From an uncultured Acetobacteraceae bacterium (lineage in GTDB: Bacteria > Pseudomonadota > Alphaproteobacteria > Acetobacterales > Acetobacteraceae), in the NCBI GenBank assembly GCA_903900905.1, contig CAIUPC010000584.1:1-61451 (forward strand): 61,451 nt of DNA. The letters run 5' to 3'. The translations under genes and the position numbers were made by a program. Of this stretch, positions 44,523 through 54,824 are shown in pieces. Below the pieces are notes generated by a model. It ran no database searches. It saw nothing but the letters and a program-made list of their open reading frames with translations, and was not told where the DNA came from. Position 1 is the first letter of the stretch. Every line of letters starts with the position of its first letter.

Positions 44523-45655
44523 TGGCGCTGCAACTGCAAACCTTCTCAGGCTGGACGAATCAGTTCGCCGCCGCCGTGCAGTCGTCGGCATCGGCGCTGC
44601 TCAATTTCGCGGCGGGCACCGTGCTACAGGCGCTCGCGCAGGCGAATGCTTCGGTGGCGCTGTGGTTTCAATGGCTGCTGCTGCAACTGCTGGCGCGCAC
44701 GCGGGCATCGACCAGCACGGGCACGGACCTTGATAGCTGGATGACCGACTACAGCCTGACGCGGCTGGCGGCTGTGGCGGCAACCGGCAACGTCACTTTC
44801 AGCCGGTTCACCGCCACGGGCACGGCGCTTGTGGTGCCGTATTTCAGCGCCTCGGGCGCGGTGAACACGGCAGGCGCGCTGGTGCAGACGGCGGACGGGA
44901 CGCAGCAATTCGGCGTCACCACCAACACCTCAAGCGGCTATTGGAACGCAGGGCAGGGCGGCTATCTGATCCCGATTGCCACCACGCAGGCCGTCTTGCC
45001 GGTGCAGGCGCTGACGGCGGGCACAGGCGGCAACGTGCAGGCCACCGCAATCAGCCTGCTGGCTTCGGCGGTGCCGGGCATCGACTACGTGAGCAACGGC
45101 GTGGCTTTCAGCAACGGCGTGGCTGCCGAATCGGATGCGGCGTTGCGTGCCCGATTCGCGCTCTACATGGCGTCCTTGTCCAAGGGCACCGTCGCCGCGC
45201 TGCAATATGCCGTGCTGAGCGTGGCGCAGAACTTGACCAGCACCGTCCAGGTGGGCACGGGCACGGTCACAGTGACCGTCGATGACGGCACCGGCTCGCC
45301 TTCGGGTGCCACCATCGCGTTGTGCTCAACCGCTGTGCAGGCGGTGCGGGCTGCGGGCGTGATGGTCACGGTGCAAGGGCCGACCGTGATCACCGCCGCC
45401 GTTTCGTTCACTCTGACCGCGGCCAGCGGCTACACCAAGGCCAACATGATCCCGCCGATTTCGACGGCGCTCGCGGCCTACATCAACGCGCTGCCGATGG
45501 GCGCGGCGCTGCCGTATTCGCGGGTGGCGCAGGTCATCTACGATGCAACGCCCGGCGTGGCGAACGTCACCGCCCTGACATTGAACGCCGCCACGGCGGA
45601 CCTCGGCGGCGGCGCGGCGCAGTGCGTGCGCGCCGGCGCGATCACGGTGAGCTGA
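44522..45655 (+). CDS. Baseplate J-like protein
   Basis: TGTDLDSW...AATGNVTFSR...GTGGNV...ESDAALRARF. Confidence 0.85.
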   Translation: MALQLQTFSGWTNQFAAAVQSSASALLNFAAGTVLQALAQANASVALWFQWLLLQLLARTRASTSTGTDLDSWMTDYSLTRLAAVAATGNVTFSRFTATGTALVVPYFSASGAVNTAGALVQTADGTQQFGVTTNTSSGYWNAGQGGYLIPIATTQAVLPVQALTAGTGGNVQATAISLLASAVPGIDYVSNGVAFSNGVAAESDAALRARFALYMASLSKGTVAALQYAVLSVAQNLTSTVQVGTGTVTVTVDDGTGSPSGATIALCSTAVQAVRAAGVMVTVQGPTVITAAVSFTLTAASGYTKANMIPPISTALAAYINALPMGAALPYSRVAQVIYDATPGVANVTALTLNAATADLGGGAAQCVRAGAITVS

Positions 45656-45656
45656 C

Positions 45657-46382
45657 ATGGCAACCGGCGATCAATCCGACTTCATCGGCCGCCTGCGGGC
45701 GGCATTGCCGGGCCGGTGGTTCGCGCCATCGCCCAACACCGCCACGTCCGCCACGCCAATTCTCGACGCCGTGCTGGCGGGCTTCGCCTCTACGTGGGCC
45801 AGCCTCTACACGATGTACGGCTACGTCTCGGCACAGGCGCGCATCGCCACGGCCTTTGGCGTGCTGCTGGACATGATCTCAGCCGATTTCTTCGGCGTCG
45901 GCCTGCCGCGCCTGAGCAACGAGACGGACGCAGTGTTCCGCGCTCGCATCCGCGCCAATCTGTTCGCCTCCAACGTCACGCGGGCGGCCATTCTGGCCCG
46001 GCTGCTGGCACTGACCGGCAAGCAGGCCGCGATCTTCGAGCCGTCCTACGCGGCGGACACCGGCAGTTGGGGCGCGGCGGGCAGCACGGCATGGGGCGGC
46101 CTGGCCTATGGCTATGCGGGCGGCTACGGCTCGTACGCACTGCCCGCGCAGCTATTCGTGATCGCGCACCGGCCTGCTATTGCAGGCATCCCCAGCGTGG
46201 CGGGCTATGGCTCGGCCATTGGCGGCTACGGCAACGGCGGCAGCAACACCTACGTCAGCCCGACCATCGAGTATGGCAGCGTGCTCGGTGCCACGGGTGC
46301 GTGGACTGATTCGCTGATCTACGCCGCTGTCGCCAATGCCGAAGCGGCAGGCGTCACGGCGTGGGTGCAAATCCAGAACTAA
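45657..46382 (+). CDS. Baseplate wedge protein (gpI-like)
   Basis: RIATAFGVLLDMISADFFG..LPR..NETDAVFRARI. Confidence 0.7.
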   Translation: MATGDQSDFIGRLRAALPGRWFAPSPNTATSATPILDAVLAGFASTWASLYTMYGYVSAQARIATAFGVLLDMISADFFGVGLPRLSNETDAVFRARIRANLFASNVTRAAILARLLALTGKQAAIFEPSYAADTGSWGAAGSTAWGGLAYGYAGGYGSYALPAQLFVIAHRPAIAGIPSVAGYGSAIGGYGNGGSNTYVSPTIEYGSVLGATGAWTDSLIYAAVANAEAAGVTAWVQIQN

Positions 46383-46426
46383 GCCTGCGCTTCGGCGCGC
46401 TCTGCAAAACCTGACAGTGAGGCACC

Positions 46427-47929
46427 ATGGACCGCGTAATGGTCTATCCGGGCGCGATTCCGCTCGACAGCGACATGCTGAACACAAACCGCAACATCCA
46501 AGATGTGATCGGCGCGCTCGCGGCGGCCACCATCGGCGTCAACAGCGGCGCGCTGTGGGTGGACGGGTTCACGCTGACGCAAAGCGCCGTCGCCAACATG
46601 CAAGTCACCGTGGGTGCGGGCGCGATTTTCAGCCTGCAAAACCGCGACAACACGGCATACGGCTCGCTGGCCAGCGACACGAGCAACACCATCGTCAAGA
46701 TCGGCCAGAACTTCGCGCCGACCGTGCTGACGCTGACCGCGCCGGGCACTGTCGGCTGGTCGCAAAACTATCTGATCGAGGCGTCTTTCAGCGAGACGGA
46801 CACCGGCTCAACCGTGCTGTCCTATTACAACGCCAGTAACCCGACCTTGCCTTATTCGGGGCCGGGCGGCGCTGGCACGTCAAACAACACCGTTCGCCAG
46901 CAGCGGGCGCTCATAACGCTCAAGGCTGGCACGGCGGCGGCCACCGGATCGCAGACCACGCCTGCCGTCGATGCGGGCAACGTGGCGCTGTATGTGCTCA
47001 CCATCGCCAACGGCCAGACGCAGATATTCCAGGCGCAGTGCAACACGGCGAGCGTCGGCAATATCCCGCAAATCCCGGTCAAGATCACGCAGATGCGGCG
47101 GCGCTTGAGCGCCAACGTGGTGGTCTATGTCACCACGACCGGCAACGACAACAACGACGGCCTGACCATCAATACGCCGTTCCAGACGCCGCAGCGGGCT
47201 TACAACTATCTGGCGAACTCGGTCGATTTCAACGGGTTTAGCGCCACCATTGCGCTCGGTCCGGGCACATACAATTCCGGCATCGCCATCAACGGCACGC
47301 CGGTCGGCATCAGTTCGGGCAACGGCCTGACGATTCAGGGCTACACCAGCAACGCCTTCACAACCACGGTCACGACATCGACGGTGGGTGGCGCCAGCAA
47401 TCCGACCATCAGCACGACCAACGCCAACGGCATCGCTATATGGGGCTTCGACGGGCCGGTGACGGTGGCGGGCATGGCGCTTGCCACGGCGACCAGTGGC
47501 AACAGCCTCGGGGCCACATCCGGCACGCAGATGACGCTGGGCGTGGGCATGACGTTCGGCGCGTGCGCGGGTTGGCAAATGGTGGTCAATCTCGGTGGGC
47601 AAATCTACATCCCGGTCGCCTACACGATCAGTGGCGGCGCACAGGCGCACCTCAACGCCTACGAAAACGGCTGGGTGGTCTATGCCAGCAGCCCCACCGT
47701 CACGGTGAGCGGCACGCCTGCTTTCAGTGTGGCATTCGCGCAGGCATTGCAGGGCGGCGGCATCACGGCGGCGTCTGTCACCTATTCGGGCAGCGCCACC
47801 GGCACACGCGCGCTCGTCAACCGGCTGGGCTTGATCGACACGGGCACCGGCGTAGCGATCACGGCCAGTTCGTATTTCCCCGGCAATGCGTTCGGCGTCG
47901 CCAACACCACCGGGGGCATCTACGCATGA
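46427..47929 (+). CDS. Tail fibre/spike protein (baseplate-anchored)
   Basis: MDRVMVYPGAIP N-terminus; YVTTTGNDNNDGLT.NTPF.T beta-helix entry motif; no signal peptide. Confidence 0.75.
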   Translation: MDRVMVYPGAIPLDSDMLNTNRNIQDVIGALAAATIGVNSGALWVDGFTLTQSAVANMQVTVGAGAIFSLQNRDNTAYGSLASDTSNTIVKIGQNFAPTVLTLTAPGTVGWSQNYLIEASFSETDTGSTVLSYYNASNPTLPYSGPGGAGTSNNTVRQQRALITLKAGTAAATGSQTTPAVDAGNVALYVLTIANGQTQIFQAQCNTASVGNIPQIPVKITQMRRRLSANVVVYVTTTGNDNNDGLTINTPFQTPQRAYNYLANSVDFNGFSATIALGPGTYNSGIAINGTPVGISSGNGLTIQGYTSNAFTTTVTTSTVGGASNPTISTTNANGIAIWGFDGPVTVAGMALATATSGNSLGATSGTQMTLGVGMTFGACAGWQMVVNLGGQIYIPVAYTISGGAQAHLNAYENGWVVYASSPTVTVSGTPAFSVAFAQALQGGGITAASVTYSGSATGTRALVNRLGLIDTGTGVAITASSYFPGNAFGVANTTGGIYA

Positions 47930-49491
47930 TCCGGCGCGCTGCACTCGCGGCGCTCGGCCTGCTGCTTGCGGCAGGAGCGCACGCACAATCGACCATCGGT
48001 GATCTGCCCGCAGCGTCGTCGCTCAACACCACGGACAAGGTGCTGGTGCAGCAGGGCTACGTGAACAGCGGCAACAAGGGCAACGTCCGCAACGCCACGC
48101 TGGCACAGGTGCTGGCGCTGACGCTGCAACCGTCGAACAACCTGTCCGACCTGACCAACGCGGCCACCGCGCGCAGCAACCTCGGCCTGTCCGGTGCGCT
48201 GGCAACGCTGAACGTCGGCACAGGACTTGTGAGCGGCGGCGGCAACCTGTCCGTCTCGTTCGGAACGGGCGCGGGCAACGTCGCGCAGGGCAACGACAGC
48301 CGAATCACGGGGGCGCTGCAAACCACGGGCGGCACGATGGCGGGCACGCTGGCGATGGGCAGCAACGCCCTGACCGGCAGCAACCTGCAAATGACAGGCG
48401 GCACGCTGACGGGTGCCACGCTCGGCCTAACGGCTCCCGCGTGGACGAACACCACGGCGGATCAAGCGCCAATCACGCTCAACTCGACGTTCGCCGGCAC
48501 CACCACGGCGGCCAAATCCGGGCTGGGCATCTGGCTCAAAGCGACCGACAACAGCAGTTGCGAAAGCACCGCCACCAGCAATTGCAACGGCGCCTACGTT
48601 CAGGTCGATTTGACGGGCGGCACATCCGGCCACCGCAAGGCTGGATATTTCATCCTCAACATCACCGCCCCGACGCTTAACACGACTGGTTATCAATACT
48701 CGGGACTGACCGGCAAATGCAACGTGCTGGCGCTTGATGCGCCATCTGGCACGCCGTATCCAGGCCCGTATTGCTTCGGCATTGACAGCGTAGCGCACAT
48801 CAAAGCTGGCATGACCGCGAGCCAAATCGTTGGCGCGGAGTTCGACACATGGTCCGAAGCTACAGCGGTCATGAGAGACCGAATCGGCGTGCAGATTGTC
48901 GATGTAACCGGGTCAACGTACGGCCAGCAGGCCACCGGCGATGACGTGGGCCTGTCAATCAATTCGCAGTACGCCACCAGCACCGGCCTCGGCTACAAAA
49001 TCGGCCTTGAGTTTGGCCGCTACGGCGGTGGTGGCATCGGCGTCGCGACTGATGGAACGCTGATCTACGGCCAAGGCAACCTCGGCACGGGGTTCACCGT
49101 CGCCAAAGGCATCGACTTCAGTTTGGGCACCGCCACCGCGCAGTGGCTCAATCTCGGCGGCGTGTTCACCGTGTCGGGCACGGGGGCTGCGAAAGCCGCG
49201 TCCTACGCGACCTCGGGGGCTTCGGTCAGTGCTGCCGGGTCCAGTCAGGGCACGGCCACGGTGCTGACCGCGCAGGAGGTGATCGTCACCGGCGGCACCG
49301 GCGGGGTGCAGGCGTGGTGCGTGGTCAATGCGCCGCAAGTCATCATCAACCGCAGCGGCGTGGCCATCACCGTCTATCCCTGCACCGGGGCCGCGTTTGA
49401 AAGCAGCGGCACCAACACCGGCATCACGCTGGCCAACGCCGCCGCGCATCACGTCAACATGACATCCAGCACGCAGGGGTATGTGTATTGA
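47926..49491 (+). CDS. Fibre-like protein with a Sec signal peptide
   Basis: MIRRAALAALGLLLAAGAHA-Q; NNLSDLTNAATARSNLGL and GNVAQGNDSRI fibre repeats. Confidence 0.7.
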   Translation: MIRRAALAALGLLLAAGAHAQSTIGDLPAASSLNTTDKVLVQQGYVNSGNKGNVRNATLAQVLALTLQPSNNLSDLTNAATARSNLGLSGALATLNVGTGLVSGGGNLSVSFGTGAGNVAQGNDSRITGALQTTGGTMAGTLAMGSNALTGSNLQMTGGTLTGATLGLTAPAWTNTTADQAPITLNSTFAGTTTAAKSGLGIWLKATDNSSCESTATSNCNGAYVQVDLTGGTSGHRKAGYFILNITAPTLNTTGYQYSGLTGKCNVLALDAPSGTPYPGPYCFGIDSVAHIKAGMTASQIVGAEFDTWSEATAVMRDRIGVQIVDVTGSTYGQQATGDDVGLSINSQYATSTGLGYKIGLEFGRYGGGGIGVATDGTLIYGQGNLGTGFTVAKGIDFSLGTATAQWLNLGGVFTVSGTGAAKAASYATSGASVSAAGSSQGTATVLTAQEVIVTGGTGGVQAWCVVNAPQVIINRSGVAITVYPCTGAAFESSGTNTGITLANAAAHHVNMTSSTQGYVY

Positions 49492-51182
49492 TCCGCGTTC
49501 TGCTTGCCCTGCTGCTGGTGCTGCCGCTGGCCGCACGGGCGCAGCCGTTCGGCGCATTGTATTCCGGCGCGCTGCCCAATGCCGCCACCACCGCCCCGTT
49601 GTGCGGCAGCGGGGCGCAGGGTGCGGCCACGGCCTGCACCTCCACCGTGGTGCTACCCGCGCTCAATCTGGCGGGCAGCAAGAACGTGTCGTCTTTACCT
49701 GTCTATGCCAACGGCACCGGCTTTGTGTTTGGCACCAATGCATCGCCGATCACGCCGTATTATTTCACGTTGTCCGATCAGGCCAATGTGCCGTTTTCCA
49801 GCCTGTTCAATTTCTTCGCGGCCGTCGGTGGCGGCAGCTATTCGGGCGGCCGTAATCTGGCAAACTTCAACATCCACAATGCAGGCTCGCTGCCCAGCGG
49901 CAATGGCGGCATTCTGGTGGCCGATCAGAACTACGCCTATTCGGCGCTCACCAGCGGCGGTGTCAGCGGCAGCGTCTCACCTTTCAGCTACACGGGCAGC
50001 CTGTTCGGCGGCGATGACAACGTGTACCTGACCGCCAGCAAGGGCTGGCAGGGGCTGTATTCCCGCGAATTCGACATGGCCATCGACTCGAATTCGTCGG
50101 CCGCCATCAAGAACGGCATCAACGTCGTGCTGACCAGCAACGATGCACGGCGCGGCGAAGTCAGTGACGCGGCCATCACCATCAACGCGCAAAACGGCTC
50201 CGTCACCCAAGGCTGGCGCTGCGGCCTGTGTTACGGCGCCAGCACGTCCGATTGGTCCTTCGGCACCGACTCCGTGCTGATCGGGATTGAACAGCGCGCC
50301 TATTCCGGCAGCGTCATCACGCCGGTCGCGGCCTATGGCACGGACTGGCGCGCCCTCACCGTCACCGCTGGTGGTGCCGCGTTCACGTCACAGGGCTTCG
50401 GTGTCGATCCCACCGGCAACACCAGCGCGGCCTCGCTGACCACCGCAGGCAGCGTCACGGCGCAGACCGCCACGGTGTCCGGAATCACCATCACCGATGG
50501 CGGTGCCTGGGACGCCATCCCTAGCCTGACCATTCAGGCCCCGCCATCCGGCACCACGGCGATCGCCGCCGTGTCCGGCATGGGACTGTCCAGCGATGCT
50601 GGTAACGGCGTCTTTGCCATCATCAGCAACGGCACCAGCGGCTGCACCAACGGGGCCACCGTCAGCGTGGTGGGCGGCACCGCCAGCGTCACCGCCACCG
50701 CCACTATCACGGTTGCGGGTGGCGTGGTGACAAGCGCGGCGGTGGCCACGCCGGGCACCTATACCGCGCTGCCATCCAACCCCGCCACGCTGTCCGGCAG
50801 CGGCTGCTCGGGCGCACTGACGGCCACGCTCACCTGGGGCATTACCGGCATCAACGTCAGCAACGCAGGCAGCGGCTATCTGGCCAAGGTACCGCCGCTG
50901 GTCACGGCCACGTTTGCGAAATACCACGCCGCCACGCTGACCGCCGCCATGGCCACCGTCGCGGCACCGCTGGCGCTTGGCGGCTCGCTGGTCTCGGTCA
51001 GCGCGTTGCTGTCGCTGCAACAGTTCACCGTGGCCGGGCTGGCCACCTGCAACGCCGGGAACAAGTTCAAGATCGCCGAAGTGTCGGACGCAACATCTCC
51101 GACGTTCCTTGCCACCGTGACAGGCGGCGGTGCGGTTGCCGTGCCGGTGATGTGCAACGGCACGAACTGGGTCTCGTTCTAA
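49488..51182 (+). CDS. Fibre/adhesin-like protein with a Sec signal peptide
   Basis: MIRVLLALLLVLPLAARA-Q; Ser/Thr/Gly beta-rich; C-terminal VTGGGAVAVPVMCNGTNW. Confidence 0.7.
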   Translation: MIRVLLALLLVLPLAARAQPFGALYSGALPNAATTAPLCGSGAQGAATACTSTVVLPALNLAGSKNVSSLPVYANGTGFVFGTNASPITPYYFTLSDQANVPFSSLFNFFAAVGGGSYSGGRNLANFNIHNAGSLPSGNGGILVADQNYAYSALTSGGVSGSVSPFSYTGSLFGGDDNVYLTASKGWQGLYSREFDMAIDSNSSAAIKNGINVVLTSNDARRGEVSDAAITINAQNGSVTQGWRCGLCYGASTSDWSFGTDSVLIGIEQRAYSGSVITPVAAYGTDWRALTVTAGGAAFTSQGFGVDPTGNTSAASLTTAGSVTAQTATVSGITITDGGAWDAIPSLTIQAPPSGTTAIAAVSGMGLSSDAGNGVFAIISNGTSGCTNGATVSVVGGTASVTATATITVAGGVVTSAAVATPGTYTALPSNPATLSGSGCSGALTATLTWGITGINVSNAGSGYLAKVPPLVTATFAKYHAATLTAAMATVAAPLALGGSLVSVSALLSLQQFTVAGLATCNAGNKFKIAEVSDATSPTFLATVTGGGAVAVPVMCNGTNWVSF

Positions 51183-51205
51183 CCTTCTATTTCGGACACC
51201 CCATC

Positions 51206-51490
51206 ATGAAGCGACTGATTCTGGCCGTGGCGCTGCTCGCCACCGGCCCGGCGCTGGCGGCTGACGCCAATCCCGACACGCTGCGCCTGCCGACGCAACT
51301 CGTCTCGGCACTGGCGGGCTACCTCAAGCGCCAGCCGTACGAGGACGTGGCGACGTTGATGCAGGCGTTGCAGGCGTGCGTGTCGGTTCAGGTGTCGCAG
51401 GGCGGCGCGGCTGCCGATCACGGCCAGTGCCCGGCTGTCAGCGCCACGATGCAGCCGCCCGCTCCGCCTGCCGCATCCACCAAACAATAG
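51206..51490 (+). CDS. Small exported protein (possible fibre chaperone)
   Basis: MKRLILAVALLATGPALA-A; YLKRQPYEDVATLM motif. Confidence 0.6.
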   Translation: MKRLILAVALLATGPALAADANPDTLRLPTQLVSALAGYLKRQPYEDVATLMQALQACVSVQVSQGGAAADHGQCPAVSATMQPPAPPAASTKQ

Positions 51491-51500
51491 GAGGCCGCAC

Positions 51501-51935
51501 ATGCTGCGATGGATCACCGGCGCTGCGCTCGCTGCGTTGGCGCTGTGGCTGCCCGCCGAGGCGCGGGCGCAAAGCTACGTGAACCCGCTCAATCTGACGC
51601 CCGTGGCGTGCAAAGGCGGCACAGCCAGCGCGATCACGTCGGTCGGCACGACCGCGATCACCGTCTGCGCTGCGGCCAGTGCAACGGCACAGAGTGGCGT
51701 GCGGCAGTTGTGGCGCATCACGGCGGTCGGCGGCACGGCAGGACAGATCGCGCTGCTCTGCACGGATGACGGCAGCACGCCGAGCGCGAGCAATTACAAC
51801 CAGATTGTCTATGCACTGGGCATGACGGACTCGGGCGGGCAGGCGGTCGTCTCGCCAGCCGCGATCCAGTGCATCTCAAACACCGGTGGCAGCGTGACGA
51901 TCACGGCTTATGCCGTGCAGGTCGGTGTGCCGTGA
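51501..51935 (+). CDS. Exported beta-rich protein
   Basis: AGGAGG RBS; MLRWITGAALAALALWLPAEARA-Q; four Cys. Confidence 0.65.
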   Translation: MLRWITGAALAALALWLPAEARAQSYVNPLNLTPVACKGGTASAITSVGTTAITVCAAASATAQSGVRQLWRITAVGGTAGQIALLCTDDGSTPSASNYNQIVYALGMTDSGGQAVVSPAAIQCISNTGGSVTITAYAVQVGVP

Positions 51936-53128
51936 TGGCGCGCTTTCCGTCGCTGCTGCGGGCCGTTGGGCTTGCAGTGGCGCTGTTCACCGCTGGCGGC
52001 GGGCTGCCAGCCAGCGCCTACACGGTCGGCCCCATTGCGCCGGTCACCGATCTGTTTGCGCCGATGTTCGGCAATGGGTCGGACGGCGCGGTGACGTGCT
52101 CCGGTGCCAATACCCTGACCCGGAACATGAATTACACCACGCTTACGGCTGCGGCGGGGTGCGCGCTTAAAACAAACGGGTTCATGGTCTTTACGTGGGT
52201 GCTTGACATTTCAGCCGCTCCGGCTGGCGCATTTCAAGCAAACGGAATCGCGGGCAACAACGCCAGCGGCGCAGCGGGTGGAACTGGCGGCGCAAGTGCA
52301 TATACCGGCGCGGGCGGCTCGCCAGTCACACTGCCCGGAATTGGCGGATTTAACGGCGGAACTGGCGGCACCGGCAACGCGACGACCGGCACCAATCCAA
52401 CTGCTTCCGGCAGTGGCACAAATTTTGGCGCGGGTGGAACATCGGCAACCGGCGCAACCGGCGGCAATGGCGTAAGTGCCGGGGCGACCGGCGGAACCAC
52501 GTTAAGCTCATGGATTTGGGCAACATCGCTTCCTCCGCTGAATTACTATCAAACCGCTTTCATCGCATACGCTGGCGGCAATTCTAACAATCCGCTTCCT
52601 ATTGCTCCCGGCGCATTCGGCGGTGCGGGTGGGCAGGGTGGCGGTGACGGGACATTCCTTGGCGGCGGTGGCGGCGGCGCTCCCGGTGGCGGTGGGTGGC
52701 TTGCAATCTACGCGCGGACCATCGTTCGCGGCAGCAACGCCACCGCCGCGATCTTTCAAGCCAAAGGCGGAATCGGCGGCAATGGCGGCGCTGCCACTGG
52801 CGGCAACGCTGGCGGTGGTGGCGCGGCTACCGGTGCGGGCGGCGGCGCAGTTTACCTGTGTTTCGAGACGCTGCTTGGCAGCACCATTGCCAACGCCATC
52901 GACGTGAGCGGCGGCAACGGCGGCGTGGGTGGCAACGGCGTCGGGACCGGCATCGGCGGCGGTGGCGGCAAAGGCGGCAACAGCGGCAGCGTGCAAAAAT
53001 ACCAGATCGGATCGCCGGGCAGTTACAGCGCCAGCACGTTTAATCAGGCGGGCGCGGTGGGCGGCGCGGCCAGCGGCGTAACGGGCGGCACGTCAGGCGC
53101 GGGCGCAACCTTGCAAGTGGGGCTGTGA
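51935..53128 (+). CDS. Gly-rich fibre-like protein with a signal peptide
   Basis: MARFPSLLRAVGLAVALFTAGGGLPASA-Y; FGNGSDG followed by GGxGGxGG repeats. Confidence 0.65.
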   Translation: MARFPSLLRAVGLAVALFTAGGGLPASAYTVGPIAPVTDLFAPMFGNGSDGAVTCSGANTLTRNMNYTTLTAAAGCALKTNGFMVFTWVLDISAAPAGAFQANGIAGNNASGAAGGTGGASAYTGAGGSPVTLPGIGGFNGGTGGTGNATTGTNPTASGSGTNFGAGGTSATGATGGNGVSAGATGGTTLSSWIWATSLPPLNYYQTAFIAYAGGNSNNPLPIAPGAFGGAGGQGGGDGTFLGGGGGGAPGGGGWLAIYARTIVRGSNATAAIFQAKGGIGGNGGAATGGNAGGGGAATGAGGGAVYLCFETLLGSTIANAIDVSGGNGGVGGNGVGTGIGGGGGKGGNSGSVQKYQIGSPGSYSASTFNQAGAVGGAASGVTGGTSGAGATLQVGL

Positions 53129-53129
53129 T

Positions 53130-53369
53130 ATGAAGCGGTTATTCCTTGCACTGCTGCTGGCGGCGCTGACATCGAGCGCGGCATGGGCGCTGACCGCCAC
53201 CGACAGCTACGGCCGCACAATCACCTACGACGCGGCGGGCAACTACACCGTCACCGGCCACGATGGCGTCGAACTAACCGGGCAGAACCCGGGTGGCATC
53301 GAAGCAATCCTGACCACGGTGAACGCCATGCCGCCATCTTCCGCGATGGCTCAACCGCCCGGCCAATAG
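53130..53369 (+). CDS. Small exported protein
   Basis: MKRLFLALLLAALTSSAAWA-L. Confidence 0.6.
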   Translation: MKRLFLALLLAALTSSAAWALTATDSYGRTITYDAAGNYTVTGHDGVELTGQNPGGIEAILTTVNAMPPSSAMAQPPGQ

Positions 53370-53517
53370 CCCGAGGCGGCCCGGCGCACCGCTACCAACG
53401 GCGCTGCCGGGCCTGACCCGCTACCCGCACAACCAGGTCGCAGGCTCATGACAGCAAACCGCATCGCGGGGGTTGCGGGCCATGCACAATTTTCGTGATC
53501 GCAAAGGGCCGCCGCAC

Positions 53518-53877
53518 ATGCAGGAAGATACGACGCCCGGCTTGCTGGAAGCCGGTATCGCCGCAGTGGGCGCATTCGCGGCCTTTATCGGCGGCTGGCT
53601 GCACATCCGCCACAACAGCCATGAGCGGGTGCATCGGGCGGACGTAGCGGCACTGCACAAGCGGATCGACGATGAGCGCGCGGCGCAGAGCGCGGCACGC
53701 GATGCGGGCGAGACGAAGATCTGGGATCGCCTGACCAGCATGGCCGACAAGGCCGCCGAGGCGCACCGCGACATCCTCAGCAAGTTGGGGCACGTTGCCA
53801 CCCGCGAGGACATTCAGGCGCTCACCGTGCGCCTTGATCACATGCGCGACCGGCATCCGCCGCACGCGGGAGAGTGA
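53518..53877 (+). CDS. Putative holin/membrane protein
   Basis: One N-terminal TM segment plus coiled coil, directly upstream of the endolysin. Confidence 0.45.
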   Translation: MQEDTTPGLLEAGIAAVGAFAAFIGGWLHIRHNSHERVHRADVAALHKRIDDERAAQSAARDAGETKIWDRLTSMADKAAEAHRDILSKLGHVATREDIQALTVRLDHMRDRHPPHAGE

Positions 53878-53878
53878 C

Positions 53879-54340
53879 ATGAGCGCCATCGCACTCGCCA
53901 CGACACTGCTGCGGCAGTTCGAGGGCTTCCGCGCCGCGCCATATCAGGACAGCGCGGGCATCTGGACCATCGGCTACGGCACGATCCGCATCGACAGCCA
54001 TCGGGTCACTGCCGCCACGCCGCCGGTCACGGAAGAACAGGCCGAAGCGTTGCTGCAGGCCGAATTGCAACCCACCGCCGATGCCGTCGATGCAGCGGTG
54101 CTGGTGGACCTGACCGACGCGCAGCGGGCCGCGCTCTACTCGTTCGCGTACAACGAGGGCATTTTCGCGTTTCGTTCGTCCACGCTGCTGCGGCGGTTGA
54201 ACGCAGGCGACTACGCGGGCGCTGCACAGCAATTCGACCGCTGGGTGTACGCGGGCGGCCATGTCGTGCGCGGGCTGGTCAACCGCCGCGCCGCCGAGCG
54301 TGCGCTGTTCGAGGGCACCGCCGAGCCGCCGTCCACCTAA
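53879..54340 (+). CDS. Endolysin, GH24 lysozyme
   Basis: FEGFRAAPYQDSAGIWTIGYGT (E-x8-D-x5-T), SFAYN.G, GLVNRRAAE. Confidence 0.92.
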   Translation: MSAIALATTLLRQFEGFRAAPYQDSAGIWTIGYGTIRIDSHRVTAATPPVTEEQAEALLQAELQPTADAVDAAVLVDLTDAQRAALYSFAYNEGIFAFRSSTLLRRLNAGDYAGAAQQFDRWVYAGGHVVRGLVNRRAAERALFEGTAEPPST

Positions 54341-54355
54341 TCGCCCGAGGCTTCC

Positions 54356-54796
54356 ATGACCACGCAAGACATCGGCGTCCTCGTGGCGCTGGCTCTGCAC
54401 GTCCTGCACGGACTGCACATGCGCCGCCCCGCTGCGCCCGCTTCACCGCTGCCGCCGGTTCCCGCGGCTATCCCACCACGGAGTCCGACCATGAGTGACA
54501 ACCCGTTGACTGCGGCCCAGAGCGATCAGGCCGCGCATCAGGAAAACACCGTCAGCAATTGGGTGCACTGGGCCTTCGCAGGCCTTGAGCACTTCGCCGC
54601 CACGGTCGGCAACAATTGGGCGGCGGTCAAGCAGAGCCCGGAATATGCGCTGCTCGCGCCGATGGCCGAAAAGGCCGTGTTGAGCGAACTGACCGCGATG
54701 GGCATCCCGCCGCAGGGTGCGACTGACATCGGCATGGCCATCGGCGCCGGTCTGGACCGCCTGGCTGCGCTGCACCCGGACATCACCACGCACTAA
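54356..54796 (+). CDS. Lysis-module hypothetical protein
   Basis: Short hydrophobic N-terminus; internal GGAG-ATG at 54491 may be a second start. Confidence 0.45.
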   Translation: MTTQDIGVLVALALHVLHGLHMRRPAAPASPLPPVPAAIPPRSPTMSDNPLTAAQSDQAAHQENTVSNWVHWAFAGLEHFAATVGNNWAAVKQSPEYALLAPMAEKAVLSELTAMGIPPQGATDIGMAIGAGLDRLAALHPDITTH

Positions 54797-54824
54797 GCGC
54801 CTGCCACAGCCACAGGAGTTGCCC

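Noticed and set aside
46427-53369. Diversity-generating retroelement or invertible tail-fibre switch
   Set aside because: No reverse transcriptase, TR/VR pair, invertase or inverted fibre cassette was seen.
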